64,000 nt of DNA, from assembly GCA_963708135.1 (NCBI GenBank), contig OY970192.1, positions 2,016,001 to 2,080,000 on the forward strand, read 5' to 3'. Positions 51,912 to 62,889 of the stretch are shown here, in pieces. Every line of letters begins with the position of its first letter. The stretch's first letter is position 1. The notes beneath the pieces were generated by a model. That model saw only the letters and a program-made list of their open reading frames with translations, was not told the DNA's origin and made no database searches. This stretch comes from an uncultured Gemmatimonadales bacterium (lineage in GTDB: Bacteria; Gemmatimonadota; Gemmatimonadetes; Longimicrobiales; RSA9). The position numbers and the translations under genes are program-made.

Positions 51912-53093
51912 CTAATCCATCTGCCGGCGTATGAACGTCGGGATGTCCAGGTCGTTCAACTGACTGCGACCGATGGGCCGGACCGGGGGACGCGGGAACG
52001 GTACCGACTCGCTGCCAAACCCGGGTGCTCTCCCCATTGCCACAACCGGAGCCGCCGTCGCGGCGGTCGGAAACGGCCCGCGGGAACCGAACGGAGCACG
52101 GATCAGGTTCTCTCGCAGCAACTCCTCTTCGTCCTGCGCGAGGCCCGTCGCGATCACCGTCACGCGAACCTCGCCCTCCAGCGACGGATCGTGCACCGCA
52201 CCGAAGATGATTTCGGCCTCGTCACCCGCCGCCTCCTGTATAATGGAGGCAATCGTGGTCACTTCGTCAATAGTCAGATCCATCCCCCCCGTGATGTTGA
52301 TCAGCACCCCCGCGGCCCCTTCAATGGACACACTGTCCAACAAAGGGGACGAAATCGCCTCCTGCGCCGCCTCCATGGAGCGGTTCTCGCCCTTGCTGTA
52401 GCCCGTGCCCATCAGGGCGGGGCCGCGGTTCTGCATGACCGTGCGCACGTCGGCGAAGTCGACGTTGACCTCGCCCGTAACGTGGATGAGGTCGCTGATG
52501 CCCTGGGTGGCGTGGAGGAGCACCTCGTCGGCCTTCTTGAGCGCCTCGCGGAAGGAGGTTCCCTTGCCGACCACGGAGAGGAGCCGCTCGTTGGGGACGA
52601 CGATGACGGTGTCGGCCGTGCGCTTGAGCTCGGAGAGGCCCTGCTCGGCCTGGCGCATGCGTTTCTTGCCCTCGAAGAGGAAGGGCTTGGTGACGATGCC
52701 GATGGTGAGGGCGCCCTGCTCGCGGGCGATCTCGGCGATGACGGGAGCTGCGCCGGTGCCGGTGCCGCCGCCCATTCCGGCGGTGATGAAGACGAGGTCG
52801 GCGCCTTCGAGGACGCGGCCGACCTCGTCGCGGTTCTCCTCGATGGCCTGGCGTCCGATCTCGGGCCGGGCGCCGGCGCCGAGGCCGCGGGTGAGCTGCT
52901 TGCCGATCTGGATCTTGACCTGGGAGTGCGAGAGCTTCAGCGCCTGCGAGTCGGTGTTGACGCTGATGAACTCGACGCCCTCGAGCTGCTCGTCGACCAT
53001 GCGATTGACGGCGTTGCCGCCGCCGCCACCGACGCCGACCACCTTCATGCGTGCGTTCTGCAGGGCGGCTTCTTCGAACTCAAAGATCATCAT
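51912..53093 (-). CDS. ftsZ: cell division protein FtsZ
   Basis: [29 protein letters not shown]-terminal [10 protein letters not shown]. Confidence 0.98.
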   Translation of the reverse strand: MMIFEFEEAALQNARMKVVGVGGGGGNAVNRMVDEQLEGVEFISVNTDSQALKLSHSQVKIQIGKQLTRGLGAGARPEIGRQAIEENRDEVGRVLEGADLVFITAGMGGGTGTGAAPVIAEIAREQGALTIGIVTKPFLFEGKKRMRQAEQGLSELKRTADTVIVVPNERLLSVVGKGTSFREALKKADEVLLHATQGISDLIHVTGEVNVDFADVRTVMQNRGPALMGTGYSKGENRSMEAAQEAISSPLLDSVSIEGAAGVLINITGGMDLTIDEVTTIASIIQEAAGDEAEIIFGAVHDPSLEGEVRVTVIATGLAQDEEELLRENLIRAPFGSRGPFPTAATAAPVVAMGRAPGFGSESVPFPRPPVRPIGRSQLNDLDIPTFIRRQMD

Positions 53094-53187
53094 GCTGTCA
53101 CCCTCCTCTGGGTGTGCCGGAGCAGGCGGCAATGCCTGGCCCGGATCTGGGACGGAACGGATCGGGAACGGGTGGGCCTCGGGGCCC

Positions 53188-54420
53188 CTAGAAGAACTCC
53201 TTGAGCCAGGCGATGAGGCTTCCGACGGCGTTGTCGCGGAAGCCCGGGACCGCGCCGGTCTCGATGCGACGGTTCACGCCGTAGAGCACGAGCCCGGCGG
53301 CGGTCGCGAATTGTGGCTTGCGGACGGAGTCGGCGAGCCCGGCCAGGCCTTCGCCGGGGGCACCGACGCGGACCGGCAGGCCGAAGACGTGCTGGGCGAC
53401 GTCGACCGCGCCGGAGAGGGCCGCGCCGCCGCCGGTCATGACGACGCCGGCGCCCTGTTTGCCGAGCTCGCCGGCGTGCTCGATCTCACGTGCGGCGAGG
53501 CCGAGGATCTCGTCGAGGCGCTGCTCGATGATGTGGGCGATGAGCTCGCGCGTGACCTCGCGGGTGGAGCCTGGTCCCGGGCCGGGCAGCTCCACGCTCT
53601 CGCGCGGATCGACGAGCTGGGCGAAGGCCACGCCGTAGCGCTCCTTGGCTCGTTCGGCTTCGGCGAAGGTGATCGAGAGCCCCTTCGCGAGGTCGTTGGT
53701 GATGGTCGAGCCGCCCCACGGGATGCTGGACAGGTGGCGCATCTTGCCGTCGCGGAAGACGGCGATCTCGGTGGTCATGCCGCCGACGTCGATGAGCGCC
53801 ACGCCGACATCCTTCTCGTCCTCGGTCAGCACGGCCGCGGCGGTGGCGAGCGGAGCGTGCACGAGCGCCTCGACCTTGTAGCCGGCGCGCGTGACCGCCT
53901 TGGTCAGGTTCTGGTTGAGCGTGGCCGAGCTGGTGATGATGTAGACCTCGGCCTCCAGGCGGGTGCCGGCCATCCCGATCGGGTCGCGGATCCCCGCCTG
54001 GTGGTCCACGATGTACTCCTGCGGCAGGACGTGGAGCAGCTCGCGGTCCGCGGGCACCACGACGGCGCGCGCGACCTCGTGCACCCGCTTGAGGTCGGCG
54101 GGGCCGATCTCGCGGTCGCCGCCCACGGCGACGACACCTGTGGACGTGGTCGCGTGGATGTGCTCCCCGCCGACGCCGGCCACGACGCGGTCGACGCTCA
54201 CGCCGGCCATGAGCTCGGCCTCCTTGATGGCGGCCTTCACGGACTCGGTCGTGCCCTCGATGTCGGTCACGACCTCGCGGCGCATGCCGCCGGTGCGGGC
54301 CTGTCCGACGCCGAGGATCTTCACGACGAGAGCGCGGTGGGGCTCGCCACCCAGCTCGGCGATGACCGCGCAGGTCTTGGTGGAGCCGATGTCCAGCCCC
54401 GTCACGAGGTTCTGCCGCAT
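53188..54420 (-). CDS. ftsA: cell division protein FtsA
   Basis: [35 protein letters not shown]-terminal amphipathic WLKEFF. Confidence 0.96.
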   Translation of the reverse strand: MRQNLVTGLDIGSTKTCAVIAELGGEPHRALVVKILGVGQARTGGMRREVVTDIEGTTESVKAAIKEAELMAGVSVDRVVAGVGGEHIHATTSTGVVAVGGDREIGPADLKRVHEVARAVVVPADRELLHVLPQEYIVDHQAGIRDPIGMAGTRLEAEVYIITSSATLNQNLTKAVTRAGYKVEALVHAPLATAAAVLTEDEKDVGVALIDVGGMTTEIAVFRDGKMRHLSSIPWGGSTITNDLAKGLSITFAEAERAKERYGVAFAQLVDPRESVELPGPGPGSTREVTRELIAHIIEQRLDEILGLAAREIEHAGELGKQGAGVVMTGGGAALSGAVDVAQHVFGLPVRVGAPGEGLAGLADSVRKPQFATAAGLVLYGVNRRIETGAVPGFRDNAVGSLIAWLKEFF

Positions 54421-54422
54421 GG

Positions 54423-55169
54423 TCAGCTCGGGGCGCCGTGGTTGAAGAGGACGACGATCTGCTCCTGGAAGCGGGCGTCGATGCGTCTGACGCGGTCCAT
54501 CTCGCCACGCCGGGCGAGGTCGGCGAGGGTCAGGCCGAGTTCGCGGAGCGTCCGGGCCGTCGGCTCGTCCTCCACGAGAACGCCGCCCCCGAGCGGGTCG
54601 CGCAGGTCCAGCCGTACGCCGCCCTCCGCGGGCGACGCCTCCGAGACCAGGGCCGCCAGCGCGGGATCGAGGACGCGAATCCGGGCGAGGGTCCGCAGCA
54701 CGGCCAGCGCCGACGCGTCCCGCAGCCTGCCGTCCTTGCCGACGTTGCAGGCGGTCGCGAGCACGGGTAGGTCCACATCCACCCCCCCATCGCGCAACGG
54801 GAGGACCACGCCGCGCGCGTCCACCGGGCGCAGATCCGGCGTGCGCGCGAGCGCCACCGGCTCCGCTTCCTCGACGTCCACCACGAGCGTGGACGGGAGG
54901 CGCCGCTCGATGCGGACATCGAGAACCGCCGGATCCCGGAGCAGTGCGCGCCGCCACGGCGCGGGGTCGTCGAACAGGTTCGACGCCGCGGTTATCCCGC
55001 TGGCGCGCACGACCTCGCGGGGCGGCAGGTAGCGCGTGCCCTCGACCACCACGCGCTCGACCCGGAAGCCGTTCACGTTGCGCAGCAGCCGCGGCGCGGC
55101 GGCGGAGGCGCCCGTGGCCACGAGGGCCGCGCCCAGCACCACCAGCCAGCGGAGCAGCCCCGGCCTCAC
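54423..55169 (-). CDS. ftsQ: cell division protein FtsQ/DivIB
   Basis: N-terminal TM; POTRA-like VVVEGTRYL...RRLPSTLVVDVEE; IDARF; position between murC and ftsA. Confidence 0.88.
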   Translation of the reverse strand: MRPGLLRWLVVLGAALVATGASAAAPRLLRNVNGFRVERVVVEGTRYLPPREVVRASGITAASNLFDDPAPWRRALLRDPAVLDVRIERRLPSTLVVDVEEAEPVALARTPDLRPVDARGVVLPLRDGGVDVDLPVLATACNVGKDGRLRDASALAVLRTLARIRVLDPALAALVSEASPAEGGVRLDLRDPLGGGVLVEDEPTARTLRELGLTLADLARRGEMDRVRRIDARFQEQIVVLFNHGAPS

Positions 55170-56578
55170 GTCGCGCCTTCCTTTTGCAGCCGCGCGACGA
55201 GCGCGCGCCCGACGCCATCGATGTCGCCCGCGCCCATGACCAGGCAGAGGTCGCCGGCGCGCACCGCGCCCAGGAGAGAGTCCGTCAGAGCATCCAGACG
55301 CGCCTCGTAGTGAACCTCCGGCGCCCCGGCGGTGCGCGCGGCCTCCGACACCAGCCTGCCGCTCACGCCCTCGATCGGCGCCTCGCGCGCCGGGTAGACG
55401 TCCGTCACCCACACCGCGTCCGCCCGCTCCAGCGCCCGGCCGAACGGCTCCGCGAAGTCGCGGGTCCGCGTGTACAGGTGCGGCTGGAAGACCGCGACGA
55501 GGCGCCGGTCCGGGTGCGCTTCGCGCGCCGCCGCCAGCGTCGCCTCGATTTCCGTCGGGTGGTGCGCGTAGTCGTCGATCACCAGCACGCCGGCCGCCTC
55601 GCCCAGCTCCTCGAACCGGCGGGCGACCCCGTGGAAGGCGCCGAGAGCGCGCTCCGCGGCGCCAAAGTCCGCGCCCACATGGCGGGCCACGGCCAGTGCG
55701 CCCAGCGCGTTACGCACGTTGTGGAGCCCCGGGACGGCGATCTCCAGACGGCCGAGCGGCCTGCCCCGCAGGACCACGTCGAAGCGGCTGCCCCGTCCGC
55801 GCGGCTCGATGCGCTCCGCCCGCAGCGCGGCGTCCGTCCCCGTGCCGTAGGGGAGCGCGCGTCCACCGGGCAGCTCGGAGAGCAGGGCGCGGGTGCCGGC
55901 GTCGTCCGCGCAGCCGGCCACCAGGCCGCCCTCGGGGACGAACCCCAGGAAGCGCCGGAACGCATCCACTACGCCCTCGAGCGAGCCGTAAACGTCGAGG
56001 TGGTCCGCTTCCAGCGATGTCAGCGCCACGGCCCAGGGGCGCAGCGTGTGGAACGAGCGGTCGTACTCGTCCGCCTCCACCACGAACAGCTCGCTCGAGC
56101 CCGGCCGCAGTCCGCCTCCCCAGCCGGGAACGCGGCCGCCCACGAAGCCCGTAGGGTCGAGCCCTGCCTCGGCCAGGATCGCCGTCGCCATGGCGGTCGT
56201 GGTGGTCTTCCCGTGCGTTCCGCAGATGGCGACGACGGTGCCGCGGTTCACCAGCGCCCCGAGCGCCAGCGCCCGCTTCATCACCGGGATCCGGCGCTCG
56301 CGCGCCGCCACTAGCTCGGGGTGGTCGGCCGGCATGGCCGCGGTGGTGACCACGGCGACGGCCTGCGCGACGTGCGCCGGGTCGTGTCCTGCGAGGACCT
56401 GCGCTCCGCGCGCGGCCAGCGCCTCGCCCACCTCGCCCGGATGCGCGTCGCAGCCGCTCACCTGTCCACCGCCACGGAGCACCACCTCCGCGAGGGCCGA
56501 CATCCCCGCGCCAGCGATGCCGACGAAGTGCACGACGCCGGTGCGGGCAAGCGCCTGGAGGTCGGGCATCTCGTTCAT
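55166..56578 (-). CDS. murC: UDP-N-acetylmuramate--L-alanine ligase
   Basis: HFVGIAGAGMS, GTHGKTTTT, EADEYD, DDYAHHPTE, FQPHLYTRT, MGAGD. Confidence 0.96.
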   Translation of the reverse strand: MNEMPDLQALARTGVVHFVGIAGAGMSALAEVVLRGGGQVSGCDAHPGEVGEALAARGAQVLAGHDPAHVAQAVAVVTTAAMPADHPELVAARERRIPVMKRALALGALVNRGTVVAICGTHGKTTTTAMATAILAEAGLDPTGFVGGRVPGWGGGLRPGSSELFVVEADEYDRSFHTLRPWAVALTSLEADHLDVYGSLEGVVDAFRRFLGFVPEGGLVAGCADDAGTRALLSELPGGRALPYGTGTDAALRAERIEPRGRGSRFDVVLRGRPLGRLEIAVPGLHNVRNALGALAVARHVGADFGAAERALGAFHGVARRFEELGEAAGVLVIDDYAHHPTEIEATLAAAREAHPDRRLVAVFQPHLYTRTRDFAEPFGRALERADAVWVTDVYPAREAPIEGVSGRLVSEAARTAGAPEVHYEARLDALTDSLLGAVRAGDLCLVMGAGDIDGVGRALVARLQKEGAT

Positions 56579-57702
56579 GCCGCCACCAGTGTCAGGAGCC
56601 GCCGGGCGATCTCTCGCGCCGCGTCGGGCCGGGCGCGCTCCCGCGCCGCCGCCGCCATCGGCACCCGGCGCGCCTCGTCGCCCGCCAGCGACAGGAGCTC
56701 CGACCAGAGCCGCTCCGGCGTGAGCTCGGACTCCGGGAGGAACACGGCCGCGCCGCTCCCCGCCAGCGCTCGCGCGTTGTGGGTCTGGTGGTCGGCCGCG
56801 GCCGTGGGCAGCGGCACGAGGATGGCCGGGATCCCCCACGCCAGGAGCTCCGCCGTGGCCATGGCTCCCGCGCGCGACACCGCCAGGTCCGTTGCCGCGA
56901 GCGCCCGCGGCATGTCCTCGATGTAGCCGCGTGCCCGCACCCGGCCGGCCAGCGCCAGCGGAGCGAGCCGGGCGCCCACCGCGTCGATGTGCGCGGGCCC
57001 CGTCGCCCACAGGATCTGCACGCCCTCTGGCAGCGGCGGAAGCCGGCCGGCGTCGGCGGCCTCGAGGGCACCGAGCAGCGCCTGGTTCACCGCGCGCGCC
57101 CCCTGGCTCCCTCCGACCACCAGCACGACCGTGCCGCCCTCGTCCAGGTCGAAGCCGCGCCGGCACCCTGCGCGCTCCAGCGCCGGGTCCGGCGGGCGGA
57201 TCGGATTGCCCAGCGCGAAGACCTGTGTACGCGGACCGGGGCGTAGCCAGCGCTCGGCCTCCGGGAAGCCGAGGTGGACCTGGCGCGCCCACCGGCTGAG
57301 CCAACGGATGGTCAGCCCGGGATAGGAGTTCTGCTCCTGCAGCGCCACCGGGGTTCCGCGCGCCAGTCCCCACAGGCAGGCTGGCCCGCTCGCGTAGCCG
57401 CCGGTGCCGACCACGAGACTGGGCCGCAGCCGCCGCCAGAGGCGGCCGAGCCCCCGCGCCGTTCCGATCGCCGCGGGCACGAGCCGCCAGTTGCGCCAGA
57501 CCCGGCTGCGGTAGATCGGCTCGGCCGGCAGCAGCGTGTGCGGCCGTCCCTGCTGCGGCAGCACGCGCGCCTCCACGCCGCGCTCGGCCCCGACGAAGTG
57601 CACCTCGACATCCGGCCGCTCGCGGCACACCGCGTCACCGAGCGCGAGGGCCGGGTAGAGGTGGCCGCCCGTGCCGCCGCCGGCGAAGAGGACGACGCTC
57701 AC
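56575..57702 (-). CDS. murG: undecaprenyl-PP-MurNAc-pentapeptide GlcNAc transferase
   Basis: GGGTGGHLYP, TGGYASGP, EQNSYPG, GNPIR, GGSQGA, RAGA, HQTHNA. Confidence 0.96.
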   Translation of the reverse strand: MSVVLFAGGGTGGHLYPALALGDAVCRERPDVEVHFVGAERGVEARVLPQQGRPHTLLPAEPIYRSRVWRNWRLVPAAIGTARGLGRLWRRLRPSLVVGTGGYASGPACLWGLARGTPVALQEQNSYPGLTIRWLSRWARQVHLGFPEAERWLRPGPRTQVFALGNPIRPPDPALERAGCRRGFDLDEGGTVVLVVGGSQGARAVNQALLGALEAADAGRLPPLPEGVQILWATGPAHIDAVGARLAPLALAGRVRARGYIEDMPRALAATDLAVSRAGAMATAELLAWGIPAILVPLPTAAADHQTHNARALAGSGAAVFLPESELTPERLWSELLSLAGDEARRVPMAAAARERARPDAAREIARRLLTLVAA

Positions 57703-58898
57703 GCCGCCTCCCGCTCGCCGGCGCGCGCGATGCTCAGCAGGATCCCCACCGCCACGAACGAGACCAGCAGGCTCGAACGCCCGTAGGACATGAACGGCAG
57801 CGTCATGCCGGTGGTGGGCACCAGCGCCAGCGCGACCGCCATGTGCAGGAAGGCCTGCACCACGATCAGGTTGGTCAGCCCGATGGCCAGCAGGAACCCG
57901 AACAGGTCCGGCGCCTGCCGCGCGATCCGGTAGCCGATCAGCGCGAACGCCGTGAACACCAGCACGAGCGCCAGCACCCCCACGAACCCGAGCTCCTCCC
58001 CGATCATCGAGAAGAGGAAGTCGTTGTGCGGCTCCGGGAGGAAGCCGAACTTCTGCTGGCCGCTGCCGAAGCCGCGGCCGAAGATGCCGCCGCTCCCAAT
58101 GGCGATGAGCGACTGGTTGATCTGGTAGCTGACCCCCGCCGGATCGTGGGACGGATCCAGGAACGCCGCGATCCGCCGCATGCGGTAGGCGGCCCCCTCG
58201 ACCTGGCTCCAGAGCAGCGGCAGGCCCAGCACGCCGAGCAGGATGAAGTGGCCGATGCGCGCTCCCGCGGCGAACACCACCAGCGAGCCCATGAGCAGCA
58301 CCAGCGCCGCGCTCGAGAGGTTCGGCTGGAGCAGGATCAGCACGTCCAGCCCGCCCCAGATCAGGAGGAACGGCAGCAGCCCGCGGCTGAGGCTGGGCAG
58401 CCGGTCCTGCTTCTTCACCGCCAGGGCAGCCGTCCAGACGATCACCGCCAGCTTGGCCACCTCGGCCGGCTGGATCACCAGCGGCCCGATCGCGATCCAG
58501 CGGCGCGCACCGTTGATCGACGGCGCCAGCGCCCGCGTCCCCGGCATGACCGTGATCGCCAGCAGCACCGCCACCCCGCCGAGCAGCGGCCAGGCCAGCC
58601 GCCGCCACCGCCGGTAGTCCACCTGCGCCGCAAGTGCCAGCAGCACGAGCCCCATCGCCCCGCCCAGCGCCTGCCGCACCACGAAGTAGTAGTCCGGCTG
58701 CCCCATCGACTGCGCCATGACCGCGCTGGCGCTGTAGACCATGAGGAGCCCGGCGCACAGGAGCGCCACCGTCGCCAGCAGGAGCGCCGTGCCCTCCCAT
58801 CCGCGGCCCAGCCGCGACGCGCCGCCGGAGCCCAGCTCCGGCACGCCCCCCGCGGCAGACCACCCCGTGGTCTGCACGACCGCCGCCCTACGCGCCAT
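57699..58898 (-). CDS. ftsW: SEDS peptidoglycan glycosyltransferase FtsW
   Basis: MVYSAS, NGARRWI, QPAEVAK, GSGG, LPEPHNDF, PTTGMTLPFMSYG. Confidence 0.95.
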   Translation of the reverse strand: MARRAAVVQTTGWSAAGGVPELGSGGASRLGRGWEGTALLLATVALLCAGLLMVYSASAVMAQSMGQPDYYFVVRQALGGAMGLVLLALAAQVDYRRWRRLAWPLLGGVAVLLAITVMPGTRALAPSINGARRWIAIGPLVIQPAEVAKLAVIVWTAALAVKKQDRLPSLSRGLLPFLLIWGGLDVLILLQPNLSSAALVLLMGSLVVFAAGARIGHFILLGVLGLPLLWSQVEGAAYRMRRIAAFLDPSHDPAGVSYQINQSLIAIGSGGIFGRGFGSGQQKFGFLPEPHNDFLFSMIGEELGFVGVLALVLVFTAFALIGYRIARQAPDLFGFLLAIGLTNLIVVQAFLHMAVALALVPTTGMTLPFMSYGRSSLLVSFVAVGILLSIARAGEREAA

Positions 58899-60264
58899 GC
58901 GCCGCCTCCCCCACGCCGCCCATTGCCAGCGCCTTGAAGCGACGGCCGCGCTCCTCGTAGTTCTCGAACATGTCGTAGCTGGCGCACGCCGGCGCGAGCA
59001 GCACCGCGTCTCCCGGTCGAGCGAGCCTCGCGGCCCGCTCCACGACATTCGCGAAGGAGCCCTCGACGCGCTCCACCGGCACGGCATCCCCGAGGTCGGT
59101 GGCGACCTCGCCCGCCGCCTCGCCGTAGGCGACGACCGCTCGGGCGTGATCCCGAAGCGCCGGGAGAAGCGACGTGTACGGCTCGCCCTTGTGCCGCCCC
59201 CCCAGGAGCAGGACCGTCGGACGCGTCATGCTGCGCAGGGAGACGAGAGCCGACGCCACGTTCGTCGCCTTGGAGTCGTTGATCCACAGGATCCCGTCGC
59301 GCTCGCCCACCACCTCCATCCGGTGCTCCAGGCCGGCAAAGGTGCGCAGCCCTTCCCGCACCGGCCCGACGGCGACACCGGCCAGCGTGGCGGCCAGGGC
59401 GGCCGCGAGCGCGTTCGCCCGGTTGTGCACGCCCAGGATCCGCAGCTCCTCCGAGCGGACGAGCGGCGTCGTCCCTCCGTCGAGACGGAGCGTCAGCACG
59501 TCCTTCTCGATCACGGCGCCCTCCTCGCCCGCGGCGAGGGAGCTCTCGGTCCGGAACAGGTAGCGCCGGCCCGGCGCCTCGCCCGGAAGCGCCAGCACCT
59601 CCCGCTCGTCGCCGTTCAAAATCCAGCGCGAGGCGGGGCTCGCGTTCGCGAACAGCCGCGCCTTGTCGGCGTAGTAGGCGCGCACCGACGGGTACCGGTC
59701 GAGGTGGTCGGGCGCGAGGTTCGTCACGATCCCGATCGCCGGCGCGAACGTGTCCACGTCCGCGAGCTGGAACGAGCTGGCTTCCACCACCACCCAGTCC
59801 GGCGCCGTGTCCCGTAGCGCCACCTCCGAGAGGGCGACGCCGATGTTGCCGGCCGCCGGCGCATCCAGGCCCGCCTGGCGCAGCAGGTGCGCGGCGAGCG
59901 CCGTGGTCGTGCTCTTCCCGTTCGTGCCCGTCACCGCAATGACGGGGGAGGACAGCTGCCGGAACGCGAATTCGAGCTCGGACACCCGCGGTACCGCTCG
60001 GACGCGCGGCTCCACCAGGATCGGCGCGTTCGGCGCGATGCCGGGGCTGACCACCAGCAGGTCGCACGCCGCGAGCTTCTCGGCCGTGTGCCCGCCCACC
60101 TCCGCCTGGCCGCCCAGCCGGCGCACCAGCGTCGCGGCCGCACGCGCTTCGTCGGAGCCGCCCCCATCGGAGGCGAACACGGCCATCCCCCGCTTCAGCG
60201 CGAGCTGCGCCGCCGCGCGGCCGCTGCGGGCCAGGCCGATCACCCCCACGCGGAGCTCGCTCAC
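58888..60264 (-). CDS. murD: UDP-MurNAc-L-Ala--D-glutamate ligase
   Basis: GLARSG, SPGI, TGTNGKSTT, GNIG, EASSFQL, HRME, NDSKATN, PACASYD. Confidence 0.96.
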   Translation of the reverse strand: MSELRVGVIGLARSGRAAAQLALKRGMAVFASDGGGSDEARAAATLVRRLGGQAEVGGHTAEKLAACDLLVVSPGIAPNAPILVEPRVRAVPRVSELEFAFRQLSSPVIAVTGTNGKSTTTALAAHLLRQAGLDAPAAGNIGVALSEVALRDTAPDWVVVEASSFQLADVDTFAPAIGIVTNLAPDHLDRYPSVRAYYADKARLFANASPASRWILNGDEREVLALPGEAPGRRYLFRTESSLAAGEEGAVIEKDVLTLRLDGGTTPLVRSEELRILGVHNRANALAAALAATLAGVAVGPVREGLRTFAGLEHRMEVVGERDGILWINDSKATNVASALVSLRSMTRPTVLLLGGRHKGEPYTSLLPALRDHARAVVAYGEAAGEVATDLGDAVPVERVEGSFANVVERAARLARPGDAVLLAPACASYDMFENYEERGRRFKALAMGGVGEAAHGA

Positions 60265-61367
60265 CGGATCTTCAGCGTGCTGAAGGCGATCAGGGAGAAA
60301 AGGATCCCGAGGATCCAGAAGCGGGCGATGATCTTGCTCTCCGCCCACCCCGCCTTCTCGAAGTGGTGGTGCAGCGGCGCCATCTTGAGCAGCCGCATCC
60401 CGCGCCCGTACCGGCGGGCCGTGTACTTGAAGTAGCCGACCTGGGCGATCACGGAGAGCGCCTCGAGGACGAAGATCCCACCCACGATGCAGAGCAGGAA
60501 CTCGGCCTTCAGCAGGATGGCCACCGCGCCGATGGCGCCGCCGATGGCGAGCGAGCCGGTGTCGCCCATGAAGACCTCGGCGGGATGTGCGTTGTACCAC
60601 AGGAAGCCGAGGGAGGCGCCGGCCAGCGCCACCGAGAACACGGCCAGCTCGCCCGAGCCGGGCAGGTAGAAGATCCCGAGGTAGGCGGAGGTGTCCACGC
60701 GCCCGACGAGGTAGGCGAAGACCGCAAAGGTCGCGGCCGCGATCGCCGACAGCCCGCCGGCCAGCCCGTCAAGTCCGTCCGTCAGGTTCACCGCGTTCGA
60801 GGAGCCCGCCAGGATGAACATCACCCAGGGCACGAAGAGCACCCGCGCGATCTCCAGGTGCCAGTCGGCCAGGAATGGCAGGCTGGTCCAACTGCTCGGA
60901 ACCGGACTGATCGGGTGCACGATCAGGAACACCGCGATGATGAAGCCGATCAGCCCCTGCCCGATCAGCTTGTAGCGGCCTACGAGGCCCTCCGTGCGCC
61001 GCCGCACGACCTTCAGGTAGTCATCCAAGAAGCCGAGCGCGCCCATCCAGATCAGCACGGAGAGCGTGATGATGATGTAGGGGTTGCCGAGGTCGGCCCA
61101 GAGAAGCGTCGAGACCACGCACGCGATGAGGATCAGCAGCCCGCCCATGGTCGGCGTGCCGGCCTTCCTGAGGTGCGTCTCCGGCCCCTCCTCCCGGACC
61201 ACCTGTCCGAAGCGCAGCCCGTGCAGCCACCGGATCACGGCCGGACCCAGCGCGAACGCGATGAGCAGCGCCGTGACCATCGAGGCCGCCGCCCGGAACG
61301 TGATGTAGCGGAACAGGTTGAACACGATGTAGCGGTCCGCCAGCGGCGCCAGGAGGTGGTAGAGCAC
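60261..61367 (-). CDS. mraY: phospho-MurNAc-pentapeptide transferase
   Basis: KAGTPTMGG, GFLDDYLK, NAVNLTDGLDGL, FMGDTGS, MAPLHHHFE. Confidence 0.97.
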   Translation of the reverse strand: MLYHLLAPLADRYIVFNLFRYITFRAAASMVTALLIAFALGPAVIRWLHGLRFGQVVREEGPETHLRKAGTPTMGGLLILIACVVSTLLWADLGNPYIIITLSVLIWMGALGFLDDYLKVVRRRTEGLVGRYKLIGQGLIGFIIAVFLIVHPISPVPSSWTSLPFLADWHLEIARVLFVPWVMFILAGSSNAVNLTDGLDGLAGGLSAIAAATFAVFAYLVGRVDTSAYLGIFYLPGSGELAVFSVALAGASLGFLWYNAHPAEVFMGDTGSLAIGGAIGAVAILLKAEFLLCIVGGIFVLEALSVIAQVGYFKYTARRYGRGMRLLKMAPLHHHFEKAGWAESKIIARFWILGILFSLIAFSTLKIR

Positions 61368-61368
61368 G

Positions 61369-62889
61369 CTACTCTCCCGTCCGGCGGACAACGTCTTCGC
61401 CGTCCTCGTTGGCGGACTCGGCGGAAAACCCTGGGAAGCGCTCCGCCGGGCGCGCCTCGTCACGCATCCCGGCTCGAGCATTCGACTCCCGCGGCCCGAA
61501 GGCCTCCCCGTGCGGGCGGAGCGTTCCCCAGTGCTGCTCGAAGCGCGGGAGCAGCCGCTCGAGAGCGACCCCGCGCGATCCCTTCAGAAGAATCACCTCG
61601 TCGCCCCGCAGCCGCGGGACGAGGAGGTCGAATGCGTCCAGCGGATCCTCGGCGCTCAGGAGGCGCTCCCCCAGCTGCCGGCGGAGCGGCTCGAACGCGG
61701 CCGTGAAGGCGCCCGTCGCCACGACGACGTCCAGCCCCGCCCGGGCCACCACCGCCGCCGTCGCGGCATGGATCTCCGCCGAGCGAGGCCCCAGCTCGAG
61801 CATCGTGCCGAGCACCGCCACCCGGCCGCCCCGCCGCGGCATCGCGGCCAGCGTGTCGATGGCGGCGGCCACGCTCGGCGGATTCGCGTTGTAGCAGTCG
61901 GAAAGCACGAGGATCTCGCCGTAGCGGTGGAACTCGCCGCGCATCCGGCCGGGCTGGAGCGCGCGCAGCGCGGCCACCGCGGCGTCCGCTTCCACGCCCC
62001 ATTCCACCGCGAGACCCAGCGCGAGCAGGGCGTTGCGCGCGCTGTGGCGGCCCCGCAGCGCGAGCGCCACCTCCCTCCCCTGCCACCGGAAGCGCACCGT
62101 GCCGTCCTCGGCCAGGCGAATGTCCTCGGCCCGCAGCGCCGCGTCCGCGCGCTCGCTCCACCCCGCCACGCGCACCGTCGCCGCCAGCGCTCGCGCCCGC
62201 TCAGCGAGCTCCGCCGGCTCGTCCGCCACCAGCGCGACGCCCTCCTCGCCGAGGGCGTCGAGCACCGCCGTCTCCTCGCGCAGCACGCCCTCGAGATCAT
62301 GCAGCCCCTCGAGGTGCTCCTCGCCGATCGATGTCACGATCGCCACATCCGGCTCGACGATCTCCGCGAGCCGCGCCACCTCGCCCGGCGCGTTGGTGCC
62401 CATCTCGATGACGAGCGCTTCGGCATCCGCCGGCGCCGCCAGCAGCGTCAGCGGAACGCCGACCAGGTTGTTCAGGTTGCCCGTCGTCGCATGGACCCGG
62501 TAGCGCGCCCCCAGCGCCGCACGGGCCAGCTCCTTCGTGGTCGTCTTGCCGTTGCTGCCGGTGATCGCCGACACCCGCGCGGAAAGCGTGCGACGGTGGA
62601 AGCGCGCGAGCCGGCCGAGCGCCACCAGCGTGTCCTCCACCACGTACCGTGCGAGCCCGGCGGGCGTGTCCTCCGGCACCCGCGCCACGACCGCACCCGT
62701 CGCGCCTCGCGCGGCGGCGTCGGCCAGGAAAGCGTGCGCGTCGAAGCGCTCGCCGCTGAGCGCCACGAACAGCGAGCCCGGCTCGATCGAGCGTGTGTCC
62801 GTGCTCACGCCGGTGTAGCGCAGCTCGGGGGCCGCCTCCCCCTCGAGCCCCAGAGCCTCGCGCACCATCGCGTCCGTCCAGACGCTCAC
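61369..62889 (-). CDS. murF: UDP-MurNAc-tripeptide--D-Ala-D-Ala ligase
   Basis: STDTR, ITGSNGKTTTKE, NLNNLVGVP, EMGTN, DCYNANP, MLELG, KGSRG. Confidence 0.96.
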   Translation of the reverse strand: MSVWTDAMVREALGLEGEAAPELRYTGVSTDTRSIEPGSLFVALSGERFDAHAFLADAAARGATGAVVARVPEDTPAGLARYVVEDTLVALGRLARFHRRTLSARVSAITGSNGKTTTKELARAALGARYRVHATTGNLNNLVGVPLTLLAAPADAEALVIEMGTNAPGEVARLAEIVEPDVAIVTSIGEEHLEGLHDLEGVLREETAVLDALGEEGVALVADEPAELAERARALAATVRVAGWSERADAALRAEDIRLAEDGTVRFRWQGREVALALRGRHSARNALLALGLAVEWGVEADAAVAALRALQPGRMRGEFHRYGEILVLSDCYNANPPSVAAAIDTLAAMPRRGGRVAVLGTMLELGPRSAEIHAATAAVVARAGLDVVVATGAFTAAFEPLRRQLGERLLSAEDPLDAFDLLVPRLRGDEVILLKGSRGVALERLLPRFEQHWGTLRPHGEAFGPRESNARAGMRDEARPAERFPGFSAESANEDGEDVVRRTGE

